DNA from: Gemmatimonadota bacterium | Lineage (GTDB): Bacteria > Gemmatimonadota > Gemmatimonadetes > Gemmatimonadales > Gemmatimonadaceae | Direction: 5' to 3' | Assembly (NCBI GenBank): GCA_031372565.1 | Contig: JANMLN010000001.1 | Coordinates: 1-12,940 of the forward strand | Length of the DNA stretch: 12,940 nucleotides | In this document: in pieces, positions 7,001 through 12,940 of the stretch | Position numbering within the stretch: position 1 is the stretch's first letter | How the letters are laid out: the number at the start of each line of letters is the position of its first letter | Program-made: the position numbers and the translations under genes | Notes under the pieces: model-generated | Told to the model about the DNA's origin: nothing | The model's database searches: none | The model's input: only the letters and a program-made list of their open reading frames with translations

Positions 7001-7374
7001 TCGTCGACCGCGATCGCGCCGATCGTGCCGCCAAAGTAGGCGTCACTCGCCGCACGCCAGCTGGCGCCGCCATCGGTGGTCTTGAAAACTCCGCCGCCCG
7101 CCGTGCCCATCCAGTACTCGTTCGGGCGCTTGACCGATCCCGCAACGGCGACGGACCGGCCACCACGCGCCGGGCCCATCTCGCGCCACGTGAGCGAGTT
7201 GAGGACGGTCGAGTCGAAGGTGAGTGGCGCGGTCGGCGCCGGCGACGTCGCCCGCGCGGTCGCGCGCTTCGCCTGCGCATGGGTGGTCGCGACGGGCGTC
7301 AGGGCGCCGAGGAGCACGACCGGCACCACCAGCAGGCGTGAAAGCGCGAACGGAACGGTCTTCAAGGTCTGCAT
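4066..7374 (-). CDS. Large secreted VPS10/sortilin-like BNR (Asp-box) beta-propeller protein, putative glycosyl hydrolase, about 1102 aa
   Basis: Signal peptide ending ATTHA|Q, then WREMGPARGGRSVAVAG and 11 S/T-x-D/N-x-G-x-x-W/F Asp boxes. The C-terminus has a beta-sandwich-like segment (PPGRYTVRL) and a helical tail. GGAG lies 8 nt before ATG 7374. Confidence 0.88.
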   Translation of the reverse strand: MQTLKTVPFALSRLLVVPVVLLGALTPVATTHAQAKRATARATSPAPTAPLTFDSTVLNSLTWREMGPARGGRSVAVAGSVKRPNEYWMGTAGGGVFKTTDGGASWRAASDAYFGGTIGAIAVDEQNPDLVWVGGGETEIRGNAAPGDGLWKTIDAGKTWSFLGFKSEHIATIRVHPTNSQIAWFAVFGDPFAASGTRGVYKTSDGGKTFARVLFVNDSTGAIDLILDPSNPDVLYAATWQAFRTSWSMSSGGMGSGLYKSTDGGRTWAHLQRTATGLPQGITGKIGIAVSPAKPNRVWAIIEHDSGGVYRSDDAGASWRWINQDRKLRQRAWYYSKIVADPKDTNMLYAMNVGMYRSRDGGVTFKEPLNPKHPDNHALWIAPDDPNRMIESNDGGANISTNGGRNWTELAFATAQMYHVDTNNDYPYLICGAQQDNSTLCGPSRGEGQVSISDWKEAGGGESGFVTPHPTKPNIIFAGSYGGVLTRKDLRTGFTRDISIYPINPMGYSSKDIKVRFQWTYPIVFSRHDPKVLYAGGSQLFRSTNEGESWTAFSPELARRDPKTLEASGGPITKDQTGVETYATIFAFDESPVTKGILWVGTDDGLVWLSRNNGATWTNVSPPALGDFSRIASIEPSHADAGTAYVAANRYQLGDRQPLAFKTTDFGKTWTRITTGIAADHFLRVVREDPARRGMLFAGTERGVYVSFDDGLGWKPLNRNLPRVPVHDLRIKDADLIAATHGRSFWVLDNISALRQLAPAVVSKPAHLFAPIPVMRSDWGGGFFALLALLTGGAGPGGNPPGPAVFQYHLASANQVVTVDILDAAGKTVAHFTSDADPDTFADSVANIGKPPHPPDFEELFSRAPRPPRVANKAGINAFAWDLRYPPAVRFDGMIFWAAGTSGPVAPPGRYTVRLSAPGVTESQPFVIVKDPRSDVSDADLRAQFDLLIAIRERVSEANNAVRTVRNMRAQVGDRGARITGANAVEFKKLADEMMGQLSGHEEEVYQVRNQSFEDPLNFPIKLNNQMASLAQTVGSGAYRPTKQARDAYASLSADLAKQTGGVKRSLDTHLPRLNELLKAAGLPLLMPSTDEIKKPTPTATM

Positions 7375-7465
7375 CGACAAGACTCCGGCGCACACGGCGC
7401 CTGCGAGAGGGACAGCAACGTCGGCCGGTGAGAGTCGACGTACAGCACGCGAGCTGCCGTCGTGG

Positions 7466-7852
7466 CTACGCCGGCAACGCGGCGATCAGCTCGATCTCGA
7501 CCAGCACGTCACGCGGCAGCCCCGCCACCGCCACGGTCGACCGTGCCGGGCGTGCATCACCGAGCACGGCGGCGTACACCTCGTTCATCGCGGCAAAGTC
7601 GCTCATGCTGCGCAGGAAGCAGGTGGTCTTGACGACATGGCGCCACTCCGCGCCGCCTGCCGCGAGGACGGCGGCGAGATTCGCGAGGACACGGCGCGTC
7701 TGCGCCGCGACGTCGCCGTCGACGACCGTCATGGTCACCGGGTCGAGGGCAATCTGCCCCGCGGTGAACAGGAAGCCGTGCGAAATGGTGGCCTGCGCGT
7801 ACGGCCCGATGGCCTTGGGGGCGCCATCAGTGTGGACGGGAGACACGCTCAT
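7466..7852 (-). CDS. ridA: RidA/YjgF/UK114 family reactive enamine/imine deaminase, 128 aa
   Basis: Motifs APKAIGPYAQA, AGQIALDP, VVKTTCFL, FAAMNEVY, PARSTV (catalytic Arg) and LVEIE. GGAG precedes ATG 7852, which overlaps the tatD stop (ATGA). Confidence 0.92.
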   Translation of the reverse strand: MSVSPVHTDGAPKAIGPYAQATISHGFLFTAGQIALDPVTMTVVDGDVAAQTRRVLANLAAVLAAGGAEWRHVVKTTCFLRSMSDFAAMNEVYAAVLGDARPARSTVAVAGLPRDVLVEIELIAALPA

Positions 7853-8658
7853 GCGACTGCTCCATCGGTGGGGGGAATCAGGGTGTCCGGCAACCCGAAA
7901 AGACGGACCGCGTTCACGATCGTCAAGCGACCGAGTGTCACGGCATCGGTGTCGCGCACCTGCGCGAGCCGCTCCACGGTGCGCGCCACCCAGCCGGGCT
8001 CGTTGCGCTTTCCGCGATCGGGCACCGGGGCGAGATAGGGGCTGTCCGACTCGGCCAGGATGCGATCGTCGGGGACCAGACGCAGCAGCGCGAGATCGTC
8101 CCACTTCTTGAAGGTGACGATCCCGCTGAACGACACGTACCACCCGACCTCGAGTGCGGCCTCCGCAAGTGCGGCGGATCCGGTGTAGCAGTGCAGCACG
8201 CCGCGAATCCCGGCGCGCCCGGCCTCGACGACCATGGCGCGCGTGTCGTCCTCGGCCTCGCGCGTATGCACGACGACCGCGCGCGCGGTGTCCTGCGCGA
8301 GGGCCAGCTGCGCCGCAAAAGCGCGGCGCTGACGGTCACGCGGGCTGTGGTCGTAGTGGTAGTCGAGGCCGCACTCGCCGACCGCCACGGCTCCGCGGGC
8401 CACGTGCGCGCGCATCGCGTCGATGTCGCGTGCGGCGTCGAAGTCGGCCGCATCGTGGGGATGAACGCCCGCGGTGTGGAACAGGAACCCCGGATGCGAC
8501 GCGGCGAGCCGCTCCGCACGCCCTGCGGCGTCGAGCGACTCGCCAATGCAGACCACGGCCGCCGCACCGGCGGCACGGGCCCGGGCAATCACCGCCTCGC
8601 GATCCGCGTCGAACGCCGGGTCGGCGAGATGGGCGTGGGAATCGAGAAAGACCGCCAC
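7849..8658 (-). CDS. tatD: TatD family metal-dependent hydrolase (DNase)
   Basis: Motifs DSHAHL, GVHPH, GECGLDYHY, VVHTRE, VLHCYTG, ESDSPYLAP and RGKRNEP. Start reassigned to GTG 8658, just downstream of the secF stop. Confidence 0.93.
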   Translation of the reverse strand: MAVFLDSHAHLADPAFDADREAVIARARAAGAAAVVCIGESLDAAGRAERLAASHPGFLFHTAGVHPHDAADFDAARDIDAMRAHVARGAVAVGECGLDYHYDHSPRDRQRRAFAAQLALAQDTARAVVVHTREAEDDTRAMVVEAGRAGIRGVLHCYTGSAALAEAALEVGWYVSFSGIVTFKKWDDLALLRLVPDDRILAESDSPYLAPVPDRGKRNEPGWVARTVERLAQVRDTDAVTLGRLTIVNAVRLFGLPDTLIPPTDGAVA

Positions 8659-8677
8659 GCCCGGGATCGGGACGCCG

Positions 8678-9685
8678 TTAGCGCGTGGTGCCGGCTGGCT
8701 GGCGCGCCGGGCGCGAGGCGGCGGACGGATTGCGCGTCGCCGTCTTGTTGCTCGGGCGGCCGCTGCCATCCGTCCTCGGCCACTTGTTCTCGATCCACAT
8801 GAGCAGCGGCGAGGCCACGTAGATGGACGAGAAGGTCGCGACAAAGATGCCGAAGAACATGACCCACGCAAACGGCCGGATGACCTCACCACCGAAGATC
8901 AGCAGCGCGAGCGTTGCGGCCAGCGTGGTGGCGTGCGTGAGGATCGAACGCGGAAGCGTCTCGTTGACCGACGTGTTGAGCAGGTCGTAGAACGACGACT
9001 TGGAGCCCTTGGTGACGTTCTCGCGTACACGATCGAAGATGATGATCGTGTCGTTCATCGAGTAGCCGAGGAGGGTCAGGATCGCCGCCACGACGGTGAG
9101 CGAGACTTCCATGTGGAACAGCTTGATGAAGGCGAGCGTGACGAGAATGTCGTGGCCCGTCGAGAGCACGGCGGCCAGACCAAAGCGCCACTCGAAACGG
9201 AAGGCGAGGTAGAGGAGGGTGATGAGCGAGCCGAGCAGCATGGCGATGAACGCCCCGCGGCTCAGTTCGGCGCCCACCTTGGGGCCGACGGAGCCCGAGC
9301 GCATGACCTTGAACGACTCGCCGTACTTGCCCTTGAGCGCCTTCTCGACCCCTTCGCGTACCGTGCCGCCGGTCACCCCCGTCTTGACGTCGGCCTCGGA
9401 TTCGCCGCGGGCACGGACCGTGAACTCCTGGTTCGACCCGAACTGCTGGATCTCGGCGCCGCGGATGCCCGCCTTGTCGAGCAGGGCGCGGATGTCACCG
9501 GCCTCGGCTGGCTTGTCGAACCTGAGCTGCATGAGCGTGCCGCCCGTGAACTCGATGCTGTAGTTCACGCCGCCCGTGACGGCAAAGGAGCCCAGGCCGA
9601 GCACGATGAAGGCAACCGTGAGCGCGGCGGCGGTACGCCACCAGCGGATGAAGTCGTAGGTGGTGTTGTGGAAGATGCGCAGCAT
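8678..9685 (-). CDS. secF: Protein translocase subunit SecF
   Basis: Motifs SIEFTGGT, VGPKVGAEL, YLAFRFEWRF, GHDIL, GYSMNDTIIIFDRVREN and NETLPRSILT. ATG 9685 overlaps the secD stop (TGATG). Confidence 0.96.
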   Translation of the reverse strand: MLRIFHNTTYDFIRWWRTAAALTVAFIVLGLGSFAVTGGVNYSIEFTGGTLMQLRFDKPAEAGDIRALLDKAGIRGAEIQQFGSNQEFTVRARGESEADVKTGVTGGTVREGVEKALKGKYGESFKVMRSGSVGPKVGAELSRGAFIAMLLGSLITLLYLAFRFEWRFGLAAVLSTGHDILVTLAFIKLFHMEVSLTVVAAILTLLGYSMNDTIIIFDRVRENVTKGSKSSFYDLLNTSVNETLPRSILTHATTLAATLALLIFGGEVIRPFAWVMFFGIFVATFSSIYVASPLLMWIENKWPRTDGSGRPSNKTATRNPSAASRPARQPAGTTR

Positions 9686-11370
9686 CAGATGCTCAGCGTC
9701 TGGGCGGTGCCGGCGGACCGGTCGAGCCACAGGAGGTAGAAGGTCCGGGTCACGAAGATGGCCGTGAACACGGAGGCGACGATGCCCGCGATCAGCGTGA
9801 CCGCGAAGCCCCTCACGGGGCCAGTGCCGTACTGGTAGAGCACGGCGGCGGTGAGGATGGTGACAGCGCTCGTGTCGACGATCGCGCTGATGGCGTGGTT
9901 GAAGCCCTCGTCGATGGCGAGGCGCACCGTCTTGCCGCGATCAAGTTCTTCGCGGATGCGCTCGAAGATCAGCACGTTCGCGTCCACCGCGATGCCGAGC
10001 GAGAGCACCATGCCGGCAACCCCGGGCAGTGTCAGCACCGCGCTGAAGCCGGCCAGCACCGCCATCGTGTAGACGATGTAGATCATGAGCGCGGCGACGG
10101 CCAGCGCGCCCGAGAAGCGGTAGTAGCCCACCATGATGCCCACGATCATCAGGACCGCAATGACCCCGGCGGTGGCACCGGCGCGAATGGAATCGGCGCC
10201 AAGCGACGCTCCGATCTCGCGCGTCTCGACGATCTTGAGCGGCACCGGCAGCGCACCGGCGCGCAACACGAGCGCCAGGTCCTGCGCCGACTGCAGGTCG
10301 CGGTTGCCCATCGTGATCTGGCCGCGCGAGCCAATCGCGCTCTGGATGATGGGCGGGCGCCCCATGACCTTGTCGTCGAGGACGATGGCCATGTAGTCGC
10401 GGATGTGCTTGGCGGTCTCGGCCTTGAACTTGCGGCCGCCTTCGTTGTTGAGCGTGAACTCGACAACCGTCCCTTCGACGGGCACGCTGTTCGGCTTCGC
10501 GTCGGTCAGGAACTCACCGGTGATGATCGGCCGCGTGTCGACGACGTACAACGAGCGATAGGACTCGGTGCCCAGCGACGTCGAGTCGTTCCCCCAGCGG
10601 AGCGTCTTGCCCGGCGGGAGCGCGTTCGCGATCTCGGGCATCTCGAGGTAGCGCTGCACGGTGGCCACATCGGCCGCCTTCACGAAGAACTCACCGGGAA
10701 TCTGTCCGTTGGCGAGCAGCTTCGAGAGCGGACCGCCCTGAGTGCCCCCGGTGAGTGCGGCATTGCTGGTGTCCTTCTTGGTGCTGTCCTTCTTCGTGCT
10801 GTCGGCGCTCTTCTTGCCCGTGTCCTTGGCGAAGAGGCCGCTGAGTGGCGACGCGGGCGCGGCGGGTGCCGCCGCGGCCCCCGGCACCAGCGCGGCAAGC
10901 GCAGCGCCCTGCCCCTTCAGGATGCCATCGAGGCGCGGCAGCGCCTTCTCGAGGGCCTGCGTCTTGTCGGTGATCTGGAACTGGAGGAAGGCCGACTTCT
11001 GCACCACATCCTGCGCGCGCTGGCGATCGTCGATGCCGGGCAATTCGACGATGATGCGATCATCGCCCTCCTTCTGTACCACGGGCTCCGACACGCCGAA
11101 CTCATCGATGCGGGTACGCACCACCTTGAGCGCGCGATCGAGCGCTTCGCCCTTGTTGGCCACCGCGCCCTTCGACTCGTCGACCTCCATCGCCAGGTGC
11201 ATGCCCCCCTGCAGGTCGAGGCCCAGCTTGATCGGCACCTTGCGGACCGTGTCGAGCACGAAAGCATCGCCCCGCTTCACGCGCTCGACCACAGTGCGCG
11301 GGAAGAGCGCGAAGGCCGAGGCCATCAGGAGGCCAACGATCAACATCAAGCGCGAACGCAGGTTCGTCAT
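9685..11370 (-). CDS. secD: Protein translocase subunit SecD
   Basis: Motifs [59 protein letters not shown] and [10 protein letters not shown]. Confidence 0.97.
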   Translation of the reverse strand: MTNLRSRLMLIVGLLMASAFALFPRTVVERVKRGDAFVLDTVRKVPIKLGLDLQGGMHLAMEVDESKGAVANKGEALDRALKVVRTRIDEFGVSEPVVQKEGDDRIIVELPGIDDRQRAQDVVQKSAFLQFQITDKTQALEKALPRLDGILKGQGAALAALVPGAAAAPAAPASPLSGLFAKDTGKKSADSTKKDSTKKDTSNAALTGGTQGGPLSKLLANGQIPGEFFVKAADVATVQRYLEMPEIANALPPGKTLRWGNDSTSLGTESYRSLYVVDTRPIITGEFLTDAKPNSVPVEGTVVEFTLNNEGGRKFKAETAKHIRDYMAIVLDDKVMGRPPIIQSAIGSRGQITMGNRDLQSAQDLALVLRAGALPVPLKIVETREIGASLGADSIRAGATAGVIAVLMIVGIMVGYYRFSGALAVAALMIYIVYTMAVLAGFSAVLTLPGVAGMVLSLGIAVDANVLIFERIREELDRGKTVRLAIDEGFNHAISAIVDTSAVTILTAAVLYQYGTGPVRGFAVTLIAGIVASVFTAIFVTRTFYLLWLDRSAGTAQTLSI

Positions 11371-11421
11371 GCGATTGTCCGCAAAGCGGTTAGGGCCCTT
11401 CAGGGTACTTGCCGGGGAGCC

Positions 11422-12384
11422 TTACAACGTAGCCGAACGCGGCGGGAGGGTCAACGCATTCCGGGCCTGTCGTTCGTCGTCACGGAGTTGGGACACGAGG
11501 GCGGCCGGCGAGTCGAACTTCCGGGTCTCGCGGAGCCAGCGGAGCACGTCCACGCGCACCGGCATGTCGTAGAAGTCGCCCTCAGTGTCGAACAGGTGCA
11601 CTTCGACGGTGAGCGCGGCGTCGTCGAACGTCGGCCTCGGCCCCAGATTCATCATGCCGCCAAACGACCCGCGGGGGGTCTGGGCACGCACCGCGTACAC
11701 CCCGACGGGCGGCAGCAGTTTGCGCGCGGACGGAAGGCGCAGATTGAGCGTCCGGAACCCGAGGTCACGTCCGCGACCTTCCCCTGCGCCCACCACCCCC
11801 GAGATCGCGTACGGCCGCCCGAGCCCCTCGGCGGCGTGGTCGAGGTCGCCCCCGGCGACGGCACGGCGGATGGCCGTGCTGGAAATCAGCCGCCCTCCCG
11901 GCGTGGCCACCGCTGGGATGACCTCGACCTCAAAGCCGCGCGTGACGCCGAGCGCCTGCATCGTGCCCACATCGCCGGAACGGTTCCGGCCGAAGCCGTG
12001 GTCGTGCCCCATGAGCAGGGCGCGCATCCGGAACCGGCCGCGCAGCACCTGATCGACGAACTCCTCGGCCGTCAGCCGCTGGAGGGCCGGGGTGAACGGC
12101 AGCACGGCCACGTAGTCGATGCCGCTCTCGGCCAGGACCTCGAGCTTTTCGTTGCCCACGGTGAGCAACGGCGGTGCGGCTGCGGGATTCACCACCTCGA
12201 GCGGATGCGGATCGAAGGTGACGAGCAGGCTCGCGAGCTGTCGGGCGCGCGCGTGGTGCACGAGCCGCGCCAGGATATCGAGATGGCCCCGGTGCACACC
12301 GTCGAACGACCCGACGGTCAACACCGTACCGGGCACGTCGCTCGGCAGCGCGCTCTCGTCGTGCAGCGTCTGCGCCTCAGGCAT
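11422..12384 (-). CDS. ribF: Bifunctional riboflavin kinase / FAD synthetase
   Basis: Motifs VGSFDGVHRGH, TFDPHP, GHDHGFG, ISSTAIR, GRGRDLGFRTLN, GVYAV, NLGPRPTF and VEVHLFD. Start reassigned to ATG 12384, which overlaps the end of truB. Confidence 0.96.
   Translation of the reverse strand: MPEAQTLHDESALPSDVPGTVLTVGSFDGVHRGHLDILARLVHHARARQLASLLVTFDPHPLEVVNPAAAPPLLTVGNEKLEVLAESGIDYVAVLPFTPALQRLTAEEFVDQVLRGRFRMRALLMGHDHGFGRNRSGDVGTMQALGVTRGFEVEVIPAVATPGGRLISSTAIRRAVAGGDLDHAAEGLGRPYAISGVVGAGEGRGRDLGFRTLNLRLPSARKLLPPVGVYAVRAQTPRGSFGGMMNLGPRPTFDDAALTVEVHLFDTEGDFYDMPVRVDVLRWLRETRKFDSPAALVSQLRDDERQARNALTLPPRSATL
11426..11454 (-). promoter_or_regulatory. Candidate sigma70-type promoter for secDF inside the 3' end of ribF
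   Basis: TTGACC (11454-11449), exactly 17 nt, TACGTT (11431-11426), ending 55 nt upstream of the secD ATG. Confidence 0.65.
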
Positions 12385-12940
12385 CGCGCAGTACCACGGT
12401 CGGCTGCCAGTGCTCACCCTGCCGCTCCGCGATCGCGACCAACGCCCCGTCGGGGCCGATGAGGCCAGCCCGTGTGCCGGCGGCGTGCGCGGGCACCGCG
12501 CGTCCGTGCGTCACGTGGCGCACGCCGGCCTCATCGAGGGCCTCGCGCGCAATGGAGCGCGCGAGGCCAGACGCGGGCGAACGCAGAGCGCGGAGCGCCT
12601 GCTCGCGGAAAGCATCGGCGCTCACGGCGTCGGCCACGTCGAAGTGGCCGGCCCGCGTGCGGCGCAGCGTCTCGCAGTGCGCCGCGCTGCCGACCGCGCG
12701 GCCCAGATCACGCGCGAGCGCGCGGATGTAGGTGCCCCCCGCGCAGCTGATCGTCGCGGTGAGCATGTCGCCCTCGACCTGCACGTCGTCCCACGCATGC
12801 ACGGTCACCTGCACCGGGGCGAGTTCGAGGGGGGCGCCCTGACGTGCGGCCGCGTGCGCGCGCACGCCGCCCACCTGCTTGGCGCTCACCGACGGCGGCA
12901 ACTGCGGGAAGGAGCCCGTGAGGCCGGCGAGCGCGGCCAG
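12377..12940 (-). CDS. truB: tRNA pseudouridine(55) synthase, C-terminal part (5' end outside the window)
   Basis: Motifs QLPPSVSAKQVGGVRAHAAARQG, CAGGTYIRALARDLG and LRRTRAGHF, plus the common truB-ribF adjacency. The frame is open to the window edge. Confidence 0.93.
   Translation of the reverse strand: MAALAGLTGSFPQLPPSVSAKQVGGVRAHAAARQGAPLELAPVQVTVHAWDDVQVEGDMLTATISCAGGTYIRALARDLGRAVGSAAHCETLRRTRAGHFDVADAVSADAFREQALRALRSPASGLARSIAREALDEAGVRHVTHGRAVPAHAAGTRAGLIGPDGALVAIAERQGEHWQPTVVLRDA

Noticed and set aside
7418..7441. Small inverted repeat ACGTCGGC/GTCGACGT between ridA and the propeller gene as a terminator or riboswitch
   Set aside because: It is short and imperfect, has no U-tract and shows no recognisable aptamer motif.
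2686..12462. Long plus-strand ORFs (2686-4383, 4816-7341, 8474-9739, 9895-12462 and others)
   Set aside because: They are antisense shadows of well-supported genes, as expected in high-GC DNA, and have no recognisable motifs.
12880..12901. TruB PPSVSAK instead of the usual PPxYSA as a sign of inactivation
   Set aside because: The GTYIR motif is intact and the catalytic Asp lies outside the window, so one substitution cannot support the claim.

Overview
A GC-rich chromosomal window, most likely from Gemmatimonadota (inferred from protein style and gene order, not verified). It is mostly housekeeping genes on the minus strand: truB (partial), ribF, secD, secF, tatD, ridA, a large secreted BNR/VPS10 beta-propeller protein, selD, selC, an exported hypothetical protein and murI. 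murI converges on and overlaps a plus-strand LpxH-like gene, which is divergent from an acyl-CoA thioesterase. The main feature missed by the ORF track is a compact selenocysteine module. SelD is itself a selenoprotein: the likely true start is at 3990, an in-frame UGA at 3922-3924 sits in the catalytic UxxK position, and a SECIS-like hairpin begins 11 nt downstream. The tRNA-Sec gene follows 10 nt after the selD stop, apparently co-transcribed with an exported protein and glutamate racemase. Also present are a 3x34-bp tandem array of a CGTC-type REP-like palindrome in a divergent promoter region, two candidate leaderless genes (lpxH-like and selD) and a sigma70-like promoter for secDF inside the end of ribF. 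I see no mobile element or CRISPR array, and I cannot claim a wholly new system from this sequence.
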